This document shows positions 26,701 through 35,771 of a DNA stretch of 41,507 nucleotides, piece by piece. The stretch comes from an uncultured Rikenellaceae bacterium (lineage in GTDB: Bacteria > Bacteroidota > Bacteroidia > Bacteroidales > VadinHA17). The stretch lies in the NCBI GenBank assembly GCA_964529295.1, contig CAZGUR010000001.1, positions 7,855 through 49,361 of the forward strand. Direction: 5' to 3'. A program made the translations under genes and the position numbers. The notes below the pieces were generated by a model. The model had not been told where the DNA came from, ran no database searches, and worked only from the letters and a program-made list of their open reading frames with translations. How positions within the stretch are numbered: position 1 is the stretch's first letter; each line of letters starts with the position of its first letter.

Positions 26701-28258
26701 AGACCTTGACGTCGTACCACAGGATCCGGACCAGATACTGGCCGGCAATATTAATGACAAGCCTGAATACACAAAGCAGGTTCTTGGTAAGATATATGCC
26801 AGTTTCATTATAGCGGGTCAGGGACCTAACGGAGGACCGGATATCGAATCTTCTGATGCTAATTTTTTTACCACCATGCGTGCATTGTGGAACCTGCAGC
26901 AGCTGCCTACCGATGAGGCTATCTGTGCCTGGGGTGATGTTGGTATAGCCGAACTCAACACCCAGACATGGAGTCCATCCAATCCCTTCCTTACAGCTCT
27001 TTTCCAGCGCCTGAGCTTAAGTATTACCTACGCCAACGATTTTATCAGGCTTACAAATGATAATCCTGATGCCGATGTACAGCGTTATAATGCTGAAGCC
27101 CGCTTCCTCAGAGCCCTTGCATATTATTATGCAATTGATATGTTCGGTAAATTTCCTTTTACCACTGATGAAGACGGCGTAGGAAAATTCTTTCCTGAGA
27201 TACAGACCAGGGAATATATATTTAATTATATAGAGTCTGAGCTGATAGATATAAGCGATGAACTGGGCGAGCCGGGTTATGGATACCCGCAGGCCGATCA
27301 GGGTGCTGCATGGATGCTGCTGGCAAGACTTTATCTGAATGCTGAAGTTTATACCGGCACAACACGCTGGGGCGAGGTTAAGACCTATTGCGACAGCGTG
27401 ATAAACAGCGGTGCCTATTCGCTTGCCACTGACTACAGGCAAAACTTCAGTGCAGATAACGACTATTACAGTAATCCCGAAATGATCTTTGCCTGGGAAC
27501 AGGACGGGGTCAATACACAGGGTTATGTGGGAACAACATTTATTATTGAGTCAAGCAGTGATGCCGAATATATCAGGGCCGAAGATTATCACGGGCTTAC
27601 CGAGAATACCAACTGGAACGGTAACAGGGCAAGGATAGATTTCCTTGATGTGATGATTGACACCCTTGCTGCTTACGGCGGATCGCCAATTGATCCCACC
27701 GACCTTGAATTTGATGCTTCCCCTGATAACAGGGTCTTCCTCAAACAGAAGAAGACGCTTAATATACCAAGTGCATCATCAAGCGGTGATTATGGAGTGG
27801 GGGTATATAAGTTTACCGCAAGAAACCATGACGGCACATTGCCCGCTAATTATAATCCCGCCTTCGCCTGTACCGATTATCCTGTCTTCAGGCTGGCCGA
27901 TGCCTATATGATGAGAGCTGAAGCTTTCCATAAGCTGGGTGATGATGAGTCGGCCAAAGAGGATATCAACAAGATACTGGAACGGGCCTATGGCAATACC
28001 AGCGCCAATATATCAGCCGCAGAGGTAAGCGATGAGTTGATCCTTAATGAAAGGGCACGTGAGTTTTATTATGAAGGATTGCGCCGTACTGACCTGATAC
28101 GCTTCGATCAGTTCACTGACGGAACCTATACATGGCAGTGGAAAGGCGGTGTTTACGAAGGTACGCAGACAAGCAGCCATCTTAATATCTATCCCATACC
28201 TGCTGATGAGGTTTCTGCCAATCCGAATTATAATGGACAAAACAATCCGGGTTATTAA
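23789..28258 (+). CDS. SusC/RagA-type TonB-dependent transporter fused in frame to a SusD/RagB-type glycan-binding protein (fusion, deletion pseudogene or assembly artefact)
   Basis: One 1489-codon ORF.
- aa 1 to ~961 are SusC-like: carboxypeptidase-regulatory-like domain 'ITVSGTVTDALDGITLPGVNVLVKGT', plug 'VVTIGYGTVKKEDVTGSVSTL', a long barrel, and the near-C-terminal 'TEYSGIDPEV'.
- aa ~966-1489 are SusD-like: 'MGSCVKDLDVVPQDPDQIL', 'AEARFLRALAYYYAIDMFGKFP', 'RAREFYYEGLRRTDLIRF', 'NIYPIPADE'.
- No stop codon, intergenic spacer or SusD signal peptide lies between the two parts. Confidence 0.8.
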   Translation: MNRLLIRRLMILIAGVMMSSALFGQTITVSGTVTDALDGITLPGVNVLVKGTTMGTSTNADGEYSITTTPDAILVFSYIGYLDQEIPVDNRTTINVDLEVDVMEIAEVVTIGYGTVKKEDVTGSVSTLSSKDFNRGSITSAQELLVGKTAGVVVTTSGGAPGSGSTIRIRGGSSLNASNDPLIIIDGVPIDNSNVSGSPNLLDFVNPNDIETFTVLKDASSTAIYGSRASNGVIIIETKKASEGAPLTVRYDGRTSLATAIRYTDVFSGDEIRQIAYDKIDLYGADTFQKLGSENTNWQDKIFRTAVSHDHNLSLTGAYKFLPYRFSAGYTDQMGILKNTDMQRITGALSLDPIFFDGSLKVNLKLKGMSTKNNFGDAGAIGSAVNMDPTQPVIDPTPATGYYYQWGSYGANLGTPNPVEQAMEIDNQSQVNRIMGNIILNYSLPFMPELEANLNLATDYSQGEGHNNRPVTSPSVLTSPLWGRLSDYSSTNQNSLLDFYLNYNKSLEVVESNVDVTAGYSWQHFQREGDNYTRGVVDDDHPYQVTDSSAYITENYLVSFFGRANYSFRNRYLLTATVRFDGSSRFASDNQWGVFPSAAFAWRINEENFMSAITAISELKLRLGWGKTGQQDIGNDYPAQATYILSSPGSYYPIGGEYMPTLRPNAYDPDIKWEETTTYNAGIDFGLYNNRVSGAVDVYHRVTNDLLNTVVIPSGSNFSNTLLTNVGSLENQGLEVSLNAVPLSKQDFSLSVGLNFTYNVNTITKLLITEDPDYIGILYGDAFTGQKQVTRVGHPAYSFFLNKQIYDSDGNPVEGLYEDISGEGGVVNGDNDDKYIYHNPVPDYLLGLTLRLNYKNIDALATMRGSIGNYVYNQVAAGSSYDQMYQIGYWKNFPTYLRETGFVKRQFTSDYFVENASYFKLDNLSVGYTMENLFNMLNARLSITAQNLVTITEYSGIDPEVPGGIMGSCVKDLDVVPQDPDQILAGNINDKPEYTKQVLGKIYASFIIAGQGPNGGPDIESSDANFFTTMRALWNLQQLPTDEAICAWGDVGIAELNTQTWSPSNPFLTALFQRLSLSITYANDFIRLTNDNPDADVQRYNAEARFLRALAYYYAIDMFGKFPFTTDEDGVGKFFPEIQTREYIFNYIESELIDISDELGEPGYGYPQADQGAAWMLLARLYLNAEVYTGTTRWGEVKTYCDSVINSGAYSLATDYRQNFSADNDYYSNPEMIFAWEQDGVNTQGYVGTTFIIESSSDAEYIRAEDYHGLTENTNWNGNRARIDFLDVMIDTLAAYGGSPIDPTDLEFDASPDNRVFLKQKKTLNIPSASSSGDYGVGVYKFTARNHDGTLPANYNPAFACTDYPVFRLADAYMMRAEAFHKLGDDESAKEDINKILERAYGNTSANISAAEVSDELILNERAREFYYEGLRRTDLIRFDQFTDGTYTWQWKGGVYEGTQTSSHLNIYPIPADEVSANPNYNGQNNPGY

Positions 28259-28278
28259 CCGCTAAAAAACAATTTATA

Positions 28279-29304
28279 ATGAAAAGAAAATTATATATAT
28301 TATTTGCAATCATAGGGTTGATAGCCTTCTTCACCTCATGTGAAAAAGACGGTGAAAGGATTGTCATGCTTGATAACCCTGTTGATCCTGCTCTTGTAAG
28401 CATGCCCGACCTTACCCTGGTCAGGTCAGAAGCTAATGATACACTGGAGTTTGTCGGCACACCCGTGGACCCGGGCTTCACCGCCTCTGCAAACTATTTT
28501 CTGCAGGCATGTCCCACGGGCACTGACTTTGAAGAAGTAAGCGAAGTATGGTCAGGTAATGATGTAACATCCATCAAACTTACGGTTGGTGAGCTGAATG
28601 GTCAGCTGAAAAAGGACTTTCCGGCGGACCAGGTTTCTACCATCGACTTCAGGATTAAGGCAGTGCTGGTTGTAGATGCCGGTACCGGCTCACCCGGTAC
28701 AAGCACCGATCCTTTTGAGTACTTCTCTGATCCCCTTACTGCCGATGTTACCATATACGGTCTGCCAAGGCTCGACCTGGTGAACTCGGGTAAAGAACAA
28801 AAGGTTGAATCCGCACTCGGCGATGGCGTTTATACAGGTATTGTAAAGCTTGATCCGGCCAGTCCCTTCACCCTTAACAATCCTGATACAGGTACCTCCT
28901 ATGGTGGATCAGGTGGTACACTTGATGTCGACGGACCGGCAATAGTGCCTCCCGCCGAAGGTTACCATGTAATGGATGTGAGCGTGACCGATCTGACTTA
29001 TTCCTTCGAAGCAAGGATGATAGGCCTGGTAGGCTCAGCAACACCTAACGGATGGGATTCACCCGATCAGAAAATGGACTATGACCAGGATTCCGGAACA
29101 TGGAATATAACAGTCGACCTGGTGGTCGGAGAGATCAAGTTCAGGCTTAATGACGGCTGGGCATGGAACCTGGGGGGAACAGAAGATGAGCTGTACCACG
29201 ATGGTCCCAATATCCAGATAAGCGAAGCCGGAAACTATACCATTATCCTTAATATAACAGACTTTGAGGGTGAAGAGGCTACATTCAGCATTGTTAAGAA
29301 TTAA
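28279..29304 (+). CDS. SusE-like outer-membrane starch-binding lipoprotein
   Basis: 341 aa. Lipobox 'AFFTSC'. SusE-type N-domain ('...TLEFVGTPVDPGFTASANYFLQA'). C-terminal starch-binding module 'GLVGSATPNGWDSPDQKM...GEIKFRLNDGWAWNLGG'. Confidence 0.8.
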   Translation: MKRKLYILFAIIGLIAFFTSCEKDGERIVMLDNPVDPALVSMPDLTLVRSEANDTLEFVGTPVDPGFTASANYFLQACPTGTDFEEVSEVWSGNDVTSIKLTVGELNGQLKKDFPADQVSTIDFRIKAVLVVDAGTGSPGTSTDPFEYFSDPLTADVTIYGLPRLDLVNSGKEQKVESALGDGVYTGIVKLDPASPFTLNNPDTGTSYGGSGGTLDVDGPAIVPPAEGYHVMDVSVTDLTYSFEARMIGLVGSATPNGWDSPDQKMDYDQDSGTWNITVDLVVGEIKFRLNDGWAWNLGGTEDELYHDGPNIQISEAGNYTIILNITDFEGEEATFSIVKN

Positions 29305-29318
29305 TACTAAATACAGAA

Positions 29319-30872
29319 GTGATGAAAAAGACAATTATATATAAATACGTAGCGGCACTTACTGTAATGGTGGCAGTACTTGTGGCCTGTACGGAGGAGA
29401 CGGCACAGGTAAGACTGGATCCTAAGCTGGCAACATCAGAGATTGAAGGTGTTAGCTCCGACCAGGCAACAGTGATAGGCTTCGTGATTGCCGAGGGTGC
29501 CGGTTTTACGGAAAGGGGTGTCTGCTATGATACCCTTAGCGAGCCAACTATTGATAATAATAAGGCCGTTTTCACAGACCGGTTGGAAGGTGCAACCTTT
29601 AAAGTAACCCTTACCGGGCTTGATTATGCAACTGACTATTATGCAAAAGCATATGCAACAGGCAAAGGGGGTACCATATACGGTGAGGAAGTGACTTTCA
29701 CAACCCGCCCTGTAGTGCCTGTCGTTACAACTGCTGAGATAACGGATATATCATATACCTCGGCAACAGGCGGAGGTGAAGTAACTGTATCGGGCGGTGC
29801 GGATGTGACAGCAAGGGGCCTGTGCTATTCCACGAGTGAGAATCCCACTGTCAGTGACCAGACAACAAGTGACGACGATGGTATGGGTGCCTTTACCAGT
29901 TCTCTGACTGGACTGGACGACGGCACAATGTATTATGTGCGCGCCTATGCAACAAACAGTGCAGGCACGGGATACGGACCCGAGCTTACATTTACCACCC
30001 TGGTACCGCTGGACCGTACCTGGAACCTGCCAGGCGACTATGTAGAGGCAAGTTATCCCGGATCAGGCATGACCAACTGGTCTCCCGACAATTCACCACA
30101 GGTGAAGAGCGGACTCTCAGCTCCCGATAACCTGGAAGGATATGTCTATATGGCCAACGCTTCCAACCAGTGGAAATTTGCAACAAAGCCTAACTGGGAT
30201 GGTCCCAACTACGGAGATGGAGGAGGTGGAACACTGAGCGAATCAGGTGGTAATATGGTATCGCCTGCGGGTTATTATTTAATACGGGCTGATGCCGCTG
30301 CAATGACCTTCAGTGCTGTTGATATGATCTGGGGTGTTGTGGGTAGTGCAACACCGGGTGACTGGAGTGCCGACACACCCCTTGAATACCAGCCTGAAAT
30401 AATGAAATGGACAGGAGGAGTACACTTCATTTCGGGTGAATTTAAGTTCAGGGCCAATGACAACTGGGATTATAACTACGGCAGCTCGGCCGGGAACGAT
30501 ACACTCAACGCAGGTGGTGATAACATCGCGGTAGCCGTTGAAGGTGATTATGCCATTACCCTCGACCTGAGCAAACCGCTGCAGTATACATACAGGGCCG
30601 ATATGTGGGGTATAATAGGATCTGCAACACCCGGCGAATGGAGCACAGATACCGATATGGCATGGGATCCCGTGGGCGGGGTGTTTACCGCTACCCTCGA
30701 CCTTGTAGCAGGTGAGATAAAGTTCAGGGCTAATGATGCCTGGGACTATAACCTTGGAGGTGATCCCGGAACACTTGAACCGGGAGGCTCAAATATTGCC
30801 GTTACAACGGCCGGCAACTATACAATAACTCTCGATCCATGGAATCTTGTTGCGACAGTGACCATGAATTAG
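29319..30872 (+). CDS. SusF-like outer-membrane lipoprotein with two Fn3-like repeats and three starch-binding modules
   Basis: 517 aa. Lipobox 'VLVAC'. Two tandem ~95-aa repeats ('GVCYDTLSEPT...YYAKAYATGKGGTIYGEEVTFTT' and 'GLCYSTSENPT...YYVRAYATNSAGTGYGPELTFTT'). Three modules follow, with 'WKFATKPNWDGPNYG', 'GVVGSATPGDWS...GEFKFRANDNWDYNYG' and 'GIIGSATPGEWS...GEIKFRANDAWDYNLGG'. Confidence 0.8.
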   Translation: MMKKTIIYKYVAALTVMVAVLVACTEETAQVRLDPKLATSEIEGVSSDQATVIGFVIAEGAGFTERGVCYDTLSEPTIDNNKAVFTDRLEGATFKVTLTGLDYATDYYAKAYATGKGGTIYGEEVTFTTRPVVPVVTTAEITDISYTSATGGGEVTVSGGADVTARGLCYSTSENPTVSDQTTSDDDGMGAFTSSLTGLDDGTMYYVRAYATNSAGTGYGPELTFTTLVPLDRTWNLPGDYVEASYPGSGMTNWSPDNSPQVKSGLSAPDNLEGYVYMANASNQWKFATKPNWDGPNYGDGGGGTLSESGGNMVSPAGYYLIRADAAAMTFSAVDMIWGVVGSATPGDWSADTPLEYQPEIMKWTGGVHFISGEFKFRANDNWDYNYGSSAGNDTLNAGGDNIAVAVEGDYAITLDLSKPLQYTYRADMWGIIGSATPGEWSTDTDMAWDPVGGVFTATLDLVAGEIKFRANDAWDYNLGGDPGTLEPGGSNIAVTTAGNYTITLDPWNLVATVTMN

Positions 30873-30913
30873 AAAAATTTGTATTGCAGATTTAGATTAT
30901 GGATAAGTGAAAG

Positions 30914-30941
30914 CCTCTCCTGTGAAATGGGAGAGGTTTTT
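30914..30941 (+). terminator. Rho-independent terminator after the susCD-E-F block
   Basis: Stem cctctcc (30914-30920) / ggagagg (30930-30936) with a 9-nt loop, followed directly by TTTTT (30937-30941). It lies 42 bp past the SusF-like stop. Confidence 0.7.
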
Positions 30942-31034
30942 CATACTTTTAGCGGTGGAGATGCTTAATGAAACAGGAATGACTGCTACCTGATATGAGA
31001 GTGAAGTTTTTATATAATTAAGATTTTTATACGG

Positions 31035-32870
31035 ATGATAAGAATAGTACTTTTTATGGCAGCGATTTTAACTACTATGCTGAGCACAGCCCAGATCGAC
31101 AGAGTGGAGCCACCTTTCTGGTGGACAGGGATGAAGAACCCCTCTCTCCAGCTTATGGTTCATGGTGAGGATATTGCCGACTGCAGGATCAATATTAATC
31201 ACCCCGGTGTCAGCCTTGTCTCGGTTGACCGCACTACAAACAACAACTACCTCTTTATTAACCTTGACATAGGCCCCGCCACTCAACCGGGCACAATCAA
31301 TATTGAATTCAGGAAAGGGGGTGATGTGGTATATACACATGATTATGAGCTGCTACGGAGACAGGGAGGTTCGGCTGAAAGGAAGGGTTTTGATAACTCC
31401 GATGTTATGTACCTGCTGATGCCCGACAGGTTTGCCAACGGTGATCCATCCAACGATGAGGTAGAAGGGATGAAGGAAGGACTGAATCGCCGCAAACGCT
31501 ATGGCAGGCATGGGGGCGATATAAAAGGAATAAGTGATCATATCGCTTATATCGCGGATATGGGTTTTACAGCTATCTGGCTTAACCCCGTGCTTGAGAA
31601 TGATATGGCAGAATGGTCATATCATGGCTATGCTGCAACTGATTTCTATAAGGTGGACAGGCGCTTCGGGACAAACAGCGAATATGTTGAAATGATTGAG
31701 GAAGCACAGGCCAAAGGCCTTAAGGTTATAATGGATATGATCTTTAATCACTGCGGTCTCAGCCACTGGTGGATGGATGACCTGCCTTCCGAAGACTGGC
31801 TCAGCTACCCTGAATATGTGCCTACCAATCACAGGCGTACGGTGAACCAGGATCCCTATGCCTCGGACTACGATAAGGAGAGGATGACCCGCGGATGGTT
31901 TGTTGAAGCCATGCCCGACCTGAACCAGGAGAATCCCTTTATGGCCGAATACCTTATACAGAACAGTATATGGTGGATCGAATATGCCGGCCTCTCTGGC
32001 ATACGAATGGACACCTACCCCTATCCTGATAAGCATATGATGGCCGAATGGAACAGAAGGGTGCTTAATGAATATCCTCACTTTAATATAGTTGGCGAGG
32101 AATGGAGCCTTAACCCGGCAATAGTGTCATACTGGCAGAAAGGACAGGATAACAGGGACGGCTACGATGGTGAACTGCCATCGCTGATGGACTTTCCGCT
32201 GCAAAACGCCGTCAGCGAAGCATTGAATGATGATGAGGGCTGGGAGGACGGACTGGTAAAAATATACGAGATGCTGGCTAACGACTTCCTCTACCCCGAT
32301 CCCTTTAACCTGGTGGTTATGCCGGATAATCATGATATGCCAAGGTTCTATATGCAGATGGATATGGACCGCGACCTTTACCGCAATGGCATCGTCTTCT
32401 TTCTCACCACAAGGGGTATACCGCAGATATATTACGGTAGCGAAATACTGATGACCCATAAGGAAGGAGATGACCATGGATATATACGCAAGGACTTCCC
32501 GGGAGGATGGCCGGGTGACAAGGTCAATGCCTTTACAGGTGAAGGCATGGGCCGCGAAGAGAGAAATATGCAGAACATGTTCAAACGATTGCTTAACTGG
32601 AGAAAAACGGCTGAAGTTATACACAGGGGTAAACTGAAACAATTTGCTCCCGAACATGGCACTTATGTCGTTTTCAGGTATAATAATGATGATATGGTGA
32701 TGGTTATACTCAACAAGAATTCTTCGGCTTATGAACTTGACCTGAAACGTTTCAGTGAGATGCTCGGGGATAAGAAGACTGCCCGTGAAGTGCTTGGCGG
32801 AAGGGAATATAAGCTTGAGGAAACAATCACCCTGTCACCGCGTAAACCATATATACTGGAGATAAAATAA
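31035..32870 (+). CDS. GH13 alpha-glucosidase family enzyme, SusA-like cyclomaltodextrinase/neopullulanase (predicted periplasmic)
   Basis: 611 aa with a signal peptide. The cyclomaltodextrinase N-domain signature 'VEPPFWWTGM' is present. GH13 regions are I 'DMIFNHCG', II 'GIRMDTYPY', III 'IVGEEW' and IV 'MPDNHDMPR'. Confidence 0.85.
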   Translation: MIRIVLFMAAILTTMLSTAQIDRVEPPFWWTGMKNPSLQLMVHGEDIADCRININHPGVSLVSVDRTTNNNYLFINLDIGPATQPGTINIEFRKGGDVVYTHDYELLRRQGGSAERKGFDNSDVMYLLMPDRFANGDPSNDEVEGMKEGLNRRKRYGRHGGDIKGISDHIAYIADMGFTAIWLNPVLENDMAEWSYHGYAATDFYKVDRRFGTNSEYVEMIEEAQAKGLKVIMDMIFNHCGLSHWWMDDLPSEDWLSYPEYVPTNHRRTVNQDPYASDYDKERMTRGWFVEAMPDLNQENPFMAEYLIQNSIWWIEYAGLSGIRMDTYPYPDKHMMAEWNRRVLNEYPHFNIVGEEWSLNPAIVSYWQKGQDNRDGYDGELPSLMDFPLQNAVSEALNDDEGWEDGLVKIYEMLANDFLYPDPFNLVVMPDNHDMPRFYMQMDMDRDLYRNGIVFFLTTRGIPQIYYGSEILMTHKEGDDHGYIRKDFPGGWPGDKVNAFTGEGMGREERNMQNMFKRLLNWRKTAEVIHRGKLKQFAPEHGTYVVFRYNNDDMVMVILNKNSSAYELDLKRFSEMLGDKKTAREVLGGREYKLEETITLSPRKPYILEIK

Positions 32871-32890
32871 GTGCCGATAATACTGCTTAG

Positions 32891-35674
32891 ATGAAAAAAA
32901 CTCTGCTGATATCATTTGTATTAATTATTTCTCTCCGCCTGCAGGCGCAGCTGATCGAGACAGATCCACCGATTGTAACGACGGGTCAGCCCATTACCGT
33001 ATACTTTAACAGCAATGAGGAAACAGGTGCACTTCAGAATTTTGAAGGCGACCTTTATGCACATACAGGCGCAATAATTGAAGGCAACAGTGCCTGGCAG
33101 AATGTTATAGGGAGCTGGGGCAACAATACAACACAGCCTCAACTTACCTACCTGGGCAACTACAGGTATCAACTGGATATAAGTCCGTCCATAGAGGAGT
33201 TTTACCCTGACATGACGGGCGATGAAAAGGTAATCAGGCTGGCTTTTGTGTTCCGCAACGCTTCCGCTGACCTGCAAACGGCCGACCTGTTCATTGATGT
33301 CTTTGAACCCGGTCTTAATGTCAATATAACAACACCGGGGGAAGAGGCAGTAATAAGGGACCTGAATGAAGACCTGCCCCTGGAAGCTTCTGCTACCGGC
33401 GCTGATTCACTTGTGCTCTTTATCGATGGGGAAAGGATAATGAAAAGCACTGATCCCGATTATCTTTCATACACCGTTCCGGCTGATACCTACGGGGGCA
33501 GGTGGATAAGGGTGGATGCCTGGGATTTGTCGGGGACCGTTGCTGACTCAGTGTATATGTATGTTATTGATGAACCGCTGACAGAAGAACTGCCCGCCGG
33601 CCTGATTGATGGCATAAACTATTTGAGCGATGATTCGCTTGCACTGGTTCTGACAGCGCCGGGAAAGGATAATGTTTTTGTACTGGGCGATTTCAATGAC
33701 TGGATCATGAGTGATGGGGGCTATATGAAAAAGACACCCGGCGGCGAAAAATTCTGGATAGGGATAGGGAGCCTTAACCCGGGACAGGAATACCGTTTCC
33801 AGTACCTTGTCGATGGCAATATAAGGATAGGCGATCCCTATTGCGAAAAGGTGCTCGATCCGTGGAACGACCAGTATATATCTGATGAAACGTATCCCGG
33901 ACTCATAGCTTATCCCGAAGGGAAAACGAATGGACTGGTGTCGGTGTTGCAGACAGCCGAGCCTGAGTACGAATGGACCGTTACTGACTTTCAAAGGCCG
34001 GCGAAGGAAGACCTGGTGATCTATGAACTGCTGATGCGCGACTTCCTGGATACACATCACTACCTTACCCTTATCGATACACTCGACTACCTGCAGAACC
34101 TGGGTGTCAATGCCATTGAACTGATGCCGGTGAACGAATTTGACGGGAACCTGAGCTGGGGATATAACCCGGCCTACTACCTGGCGCCCGACAAGTATTA
34201 CGGTACAAAAAATGACCTGAAGGCACTGATCGATTCATGCCACAGAAGGGGGATAGCCGTGATCCTTGATGTGGTGCTTAACCACTCAACGGGCTCATCC
34301 CCGATGGCACAGCTTTACTGGGATGATGCCGCCAATAATGTCACAGCCGATAACCCCTGGTACAATGTTAGCGCAACACATGAATTCAATGTGTTCCACG
34401 ATTTTAACCATGAGAGTGAATATACGCGAGAATTTTCGCGAAGGGTGATGCAGCACTGGATAGAGGAATATAAGGTGGATGGCTACCGCTTCGACCTGTC
34501 CAAGGGATTTACCCAGAATAATACCCTGGGTGATGTGGGGGCCTGGGGTGCCTACGATCCCACACGGGTGGATATATGGAAGTTATATGCCAACTATATA
34601 TGGTATCTGGATCCCTCTTTCTATGTCATCCTCGAACATTTTGCCGATAATACCGAGGAAAAAGAGCTGGCTGAGTACGGTATGATGCTATGGGGCAATA
34701 TGAATCACGGCTACTCGGAGCTGTCAATGGGCTATGATGCGGATATACAGGGTGTATCCTATCTTGAGAGGGGATGGAATGCCCCCCACCTGGTGTCTTA
34801 TATGGAGAGTCATGACGAGGAGAGATTACAGTATCTCAATAAGAACTTCGGCAGAACATCGGCAGCCTACAGTATACGGTACCTCAGTACGGGTCTCGAC
34901 AGGCTGGTGCTGGCAGCGTCATTTTTCTTTACCGTGCCCGGACCAAAAATGCTCTGGCAGTTCGGGGAACTGGGCTATGATTTTTCAATAGATTATAACG
35001 GCCGTACGGGGGACAAACCCATACGCTGGGATTATTTTGAGATCACTGAAAGGAGGCGCGTTTATGAGCTGTTTGCAGCCCTTATTAAGCTGAAAAAAGA
35101 AAATGAAGCCTTCTCTTCTTCTGATTTTGAGATTGTTGACGGGGGATTGCAAAAGCGAATAAAGATAAACCACGAATCAATGGATGTTATCGTTGTGGGT
35201 AATTTTGATGTTGAGCAGGGCTCTGTCAGCGGCGACTTCCACAATAGCGGCCGCTGGTACGAATTTTTCACGGGCGACTCCATTGATATTGATGATACCC
35301 AGGAAGTGCTGACACTCGGGCCCGGCGAATATCGTATATACACATCGCAGAGACTTGAGACACCCAGTCTGTCAGTGGGTATAGACGACATACCGGGAGG
35401 CGGTCGCGATGAGCTGCCTGTCACTGTCTGGCCCAACCCTGTGCGCCACAGGCTGCATATAGAGCGTTATGATATGGACAGGGGCAGGGCTATGGATATA
35501 CTGGTAATGGATACCTCGGGACGGCCACTGCTGTCAGAGAAAGGTCACACAGGTAACTATATAGACGTCACAGCGCTGCCACGCGGTATGTACCTTATAA
35601 ATATAAGCTCTGGTAACAGTTCAGGTGGCATCTCGCCCACCCGCTCATCCACCCGCCGGTTTATAAAGCTGTAA
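32891..35674 (+). CDS. Multidomain GH13 alpha-amylase/pullulanase-like enzyme with a T9SS C-terminal sorting domain
   Basis: 927 aa with a signal peptide. It has an E-set/CBM48-like module 'VFVLGDFNDW'. GH13 regions are I 'DVVLNHST', II 'GYRFDLSKG', III 'VILEHF' and IV 'YMESHDEER'. The C-terminal ~85 aa 'VTVWPNPVRHRLHIE...LPRGMYLINISSGNS...RRFIKL' are typical of the Por/T9SS CTD. Confidence 0.85.
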   Translation: MKKTLLISFVLIISLRLQAQLIETDPPIVTTGQPITVYFNSNEETGALQNFEGDLYAHTGAIIEGNSAWQNVIGSWGNNTTQPQLTYLGNYRYQLDISPSIEEFYPDMTGDEKVIRLAFVFRNASADLQTADLFIDVFEPGLNVNITTPGEEAVIRDLNEDLPLEASATGADSLVLFIDGERIMKSTDPDYLSYTVPADTYGGRWIRVDAWDLSGTVADSVYMYVIDEPLTEELPAGLIDGINYLSDDSLALVLTAPGKDNVFVLGDFNDWIMSDGGYMKKTPGGEKFWIGIGSLNPGQEYRFQYLVDGNIRIGDPYCEKVLDPWNDQYISDETYPGLIAYPEGKTNGLVSVLQTAEPEYEWTVTDFQRPAKEDLVIYELLMRDFLDTHHYLTLIDTLDYLQNLGVNAIELMPVNEFDGNLSWGYNPAYYLAPDKYYGTKNDLKALIDSCHRRGIAVILDVVLNHSTGSSPMAQLYWDDAANNVTADNPWYNVSATHEFNVFHDFNHESEYTREFSRRVMQHWIEEYKVDGYRFDLSKGFTQNNTLGDVGAWGAYDPTRVDIWKLYANYIWYLDPSFYVILEHFADNTEEKELAEYGMMLWGNMNHGYSELSMGYDADIQGVSYLERGWNAPHLVSYMESHDEERLQYLNKNFGRTSAAYSIRYLSTGLDRLVLAASFFFTVPGPKMLWQFGELGYDFSIDYNGRTGDKPIRWDYFEITERRRVYELFAALIKLKKENEAFSSSDFEIVDGGLQKRIKINHESMDVIVVGNFDVEQGSVSGDFHNSGRWYEFFTGDSIDIDDTQEVLTLGPGEYRIYTSQRLETPSLSVGIDDIPGGGRDELPVTVWPNPVRHRLHIERYDMDRGRAMDILVMDTSGRPLLSEKGHTGNYIDVTALPRGMYLINISSGNSSGGISPTRSSTRRFIKL

Positions 35675-35771
35675 GCACCGGCCCGGCAGCCCTGCCAACC
35701 TCTTAAACACAGGCTTATAAGGCTGTGGCACCATTCTCAACCCCAGACGGGTTTATATAGCTGTGAGCACC
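35658..35771 (+). repeat. Three direct copies of a ~22-bp motif (GGYTTATAWRGCTGTRRGCACC) spanning the convergent gene ends
   Basis: ggtttataaagctgtaagcacc (35658-35679), ggcttataaggctgtggcacc (35712-35732) and ggtttatatagctgtgagcacc (35750-35771). Copy 1 contains the stop of the plus-strand GH13 gene. Copy 3 contains the stop of the minus-strand GH13 gene. Confidence 0.6.
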
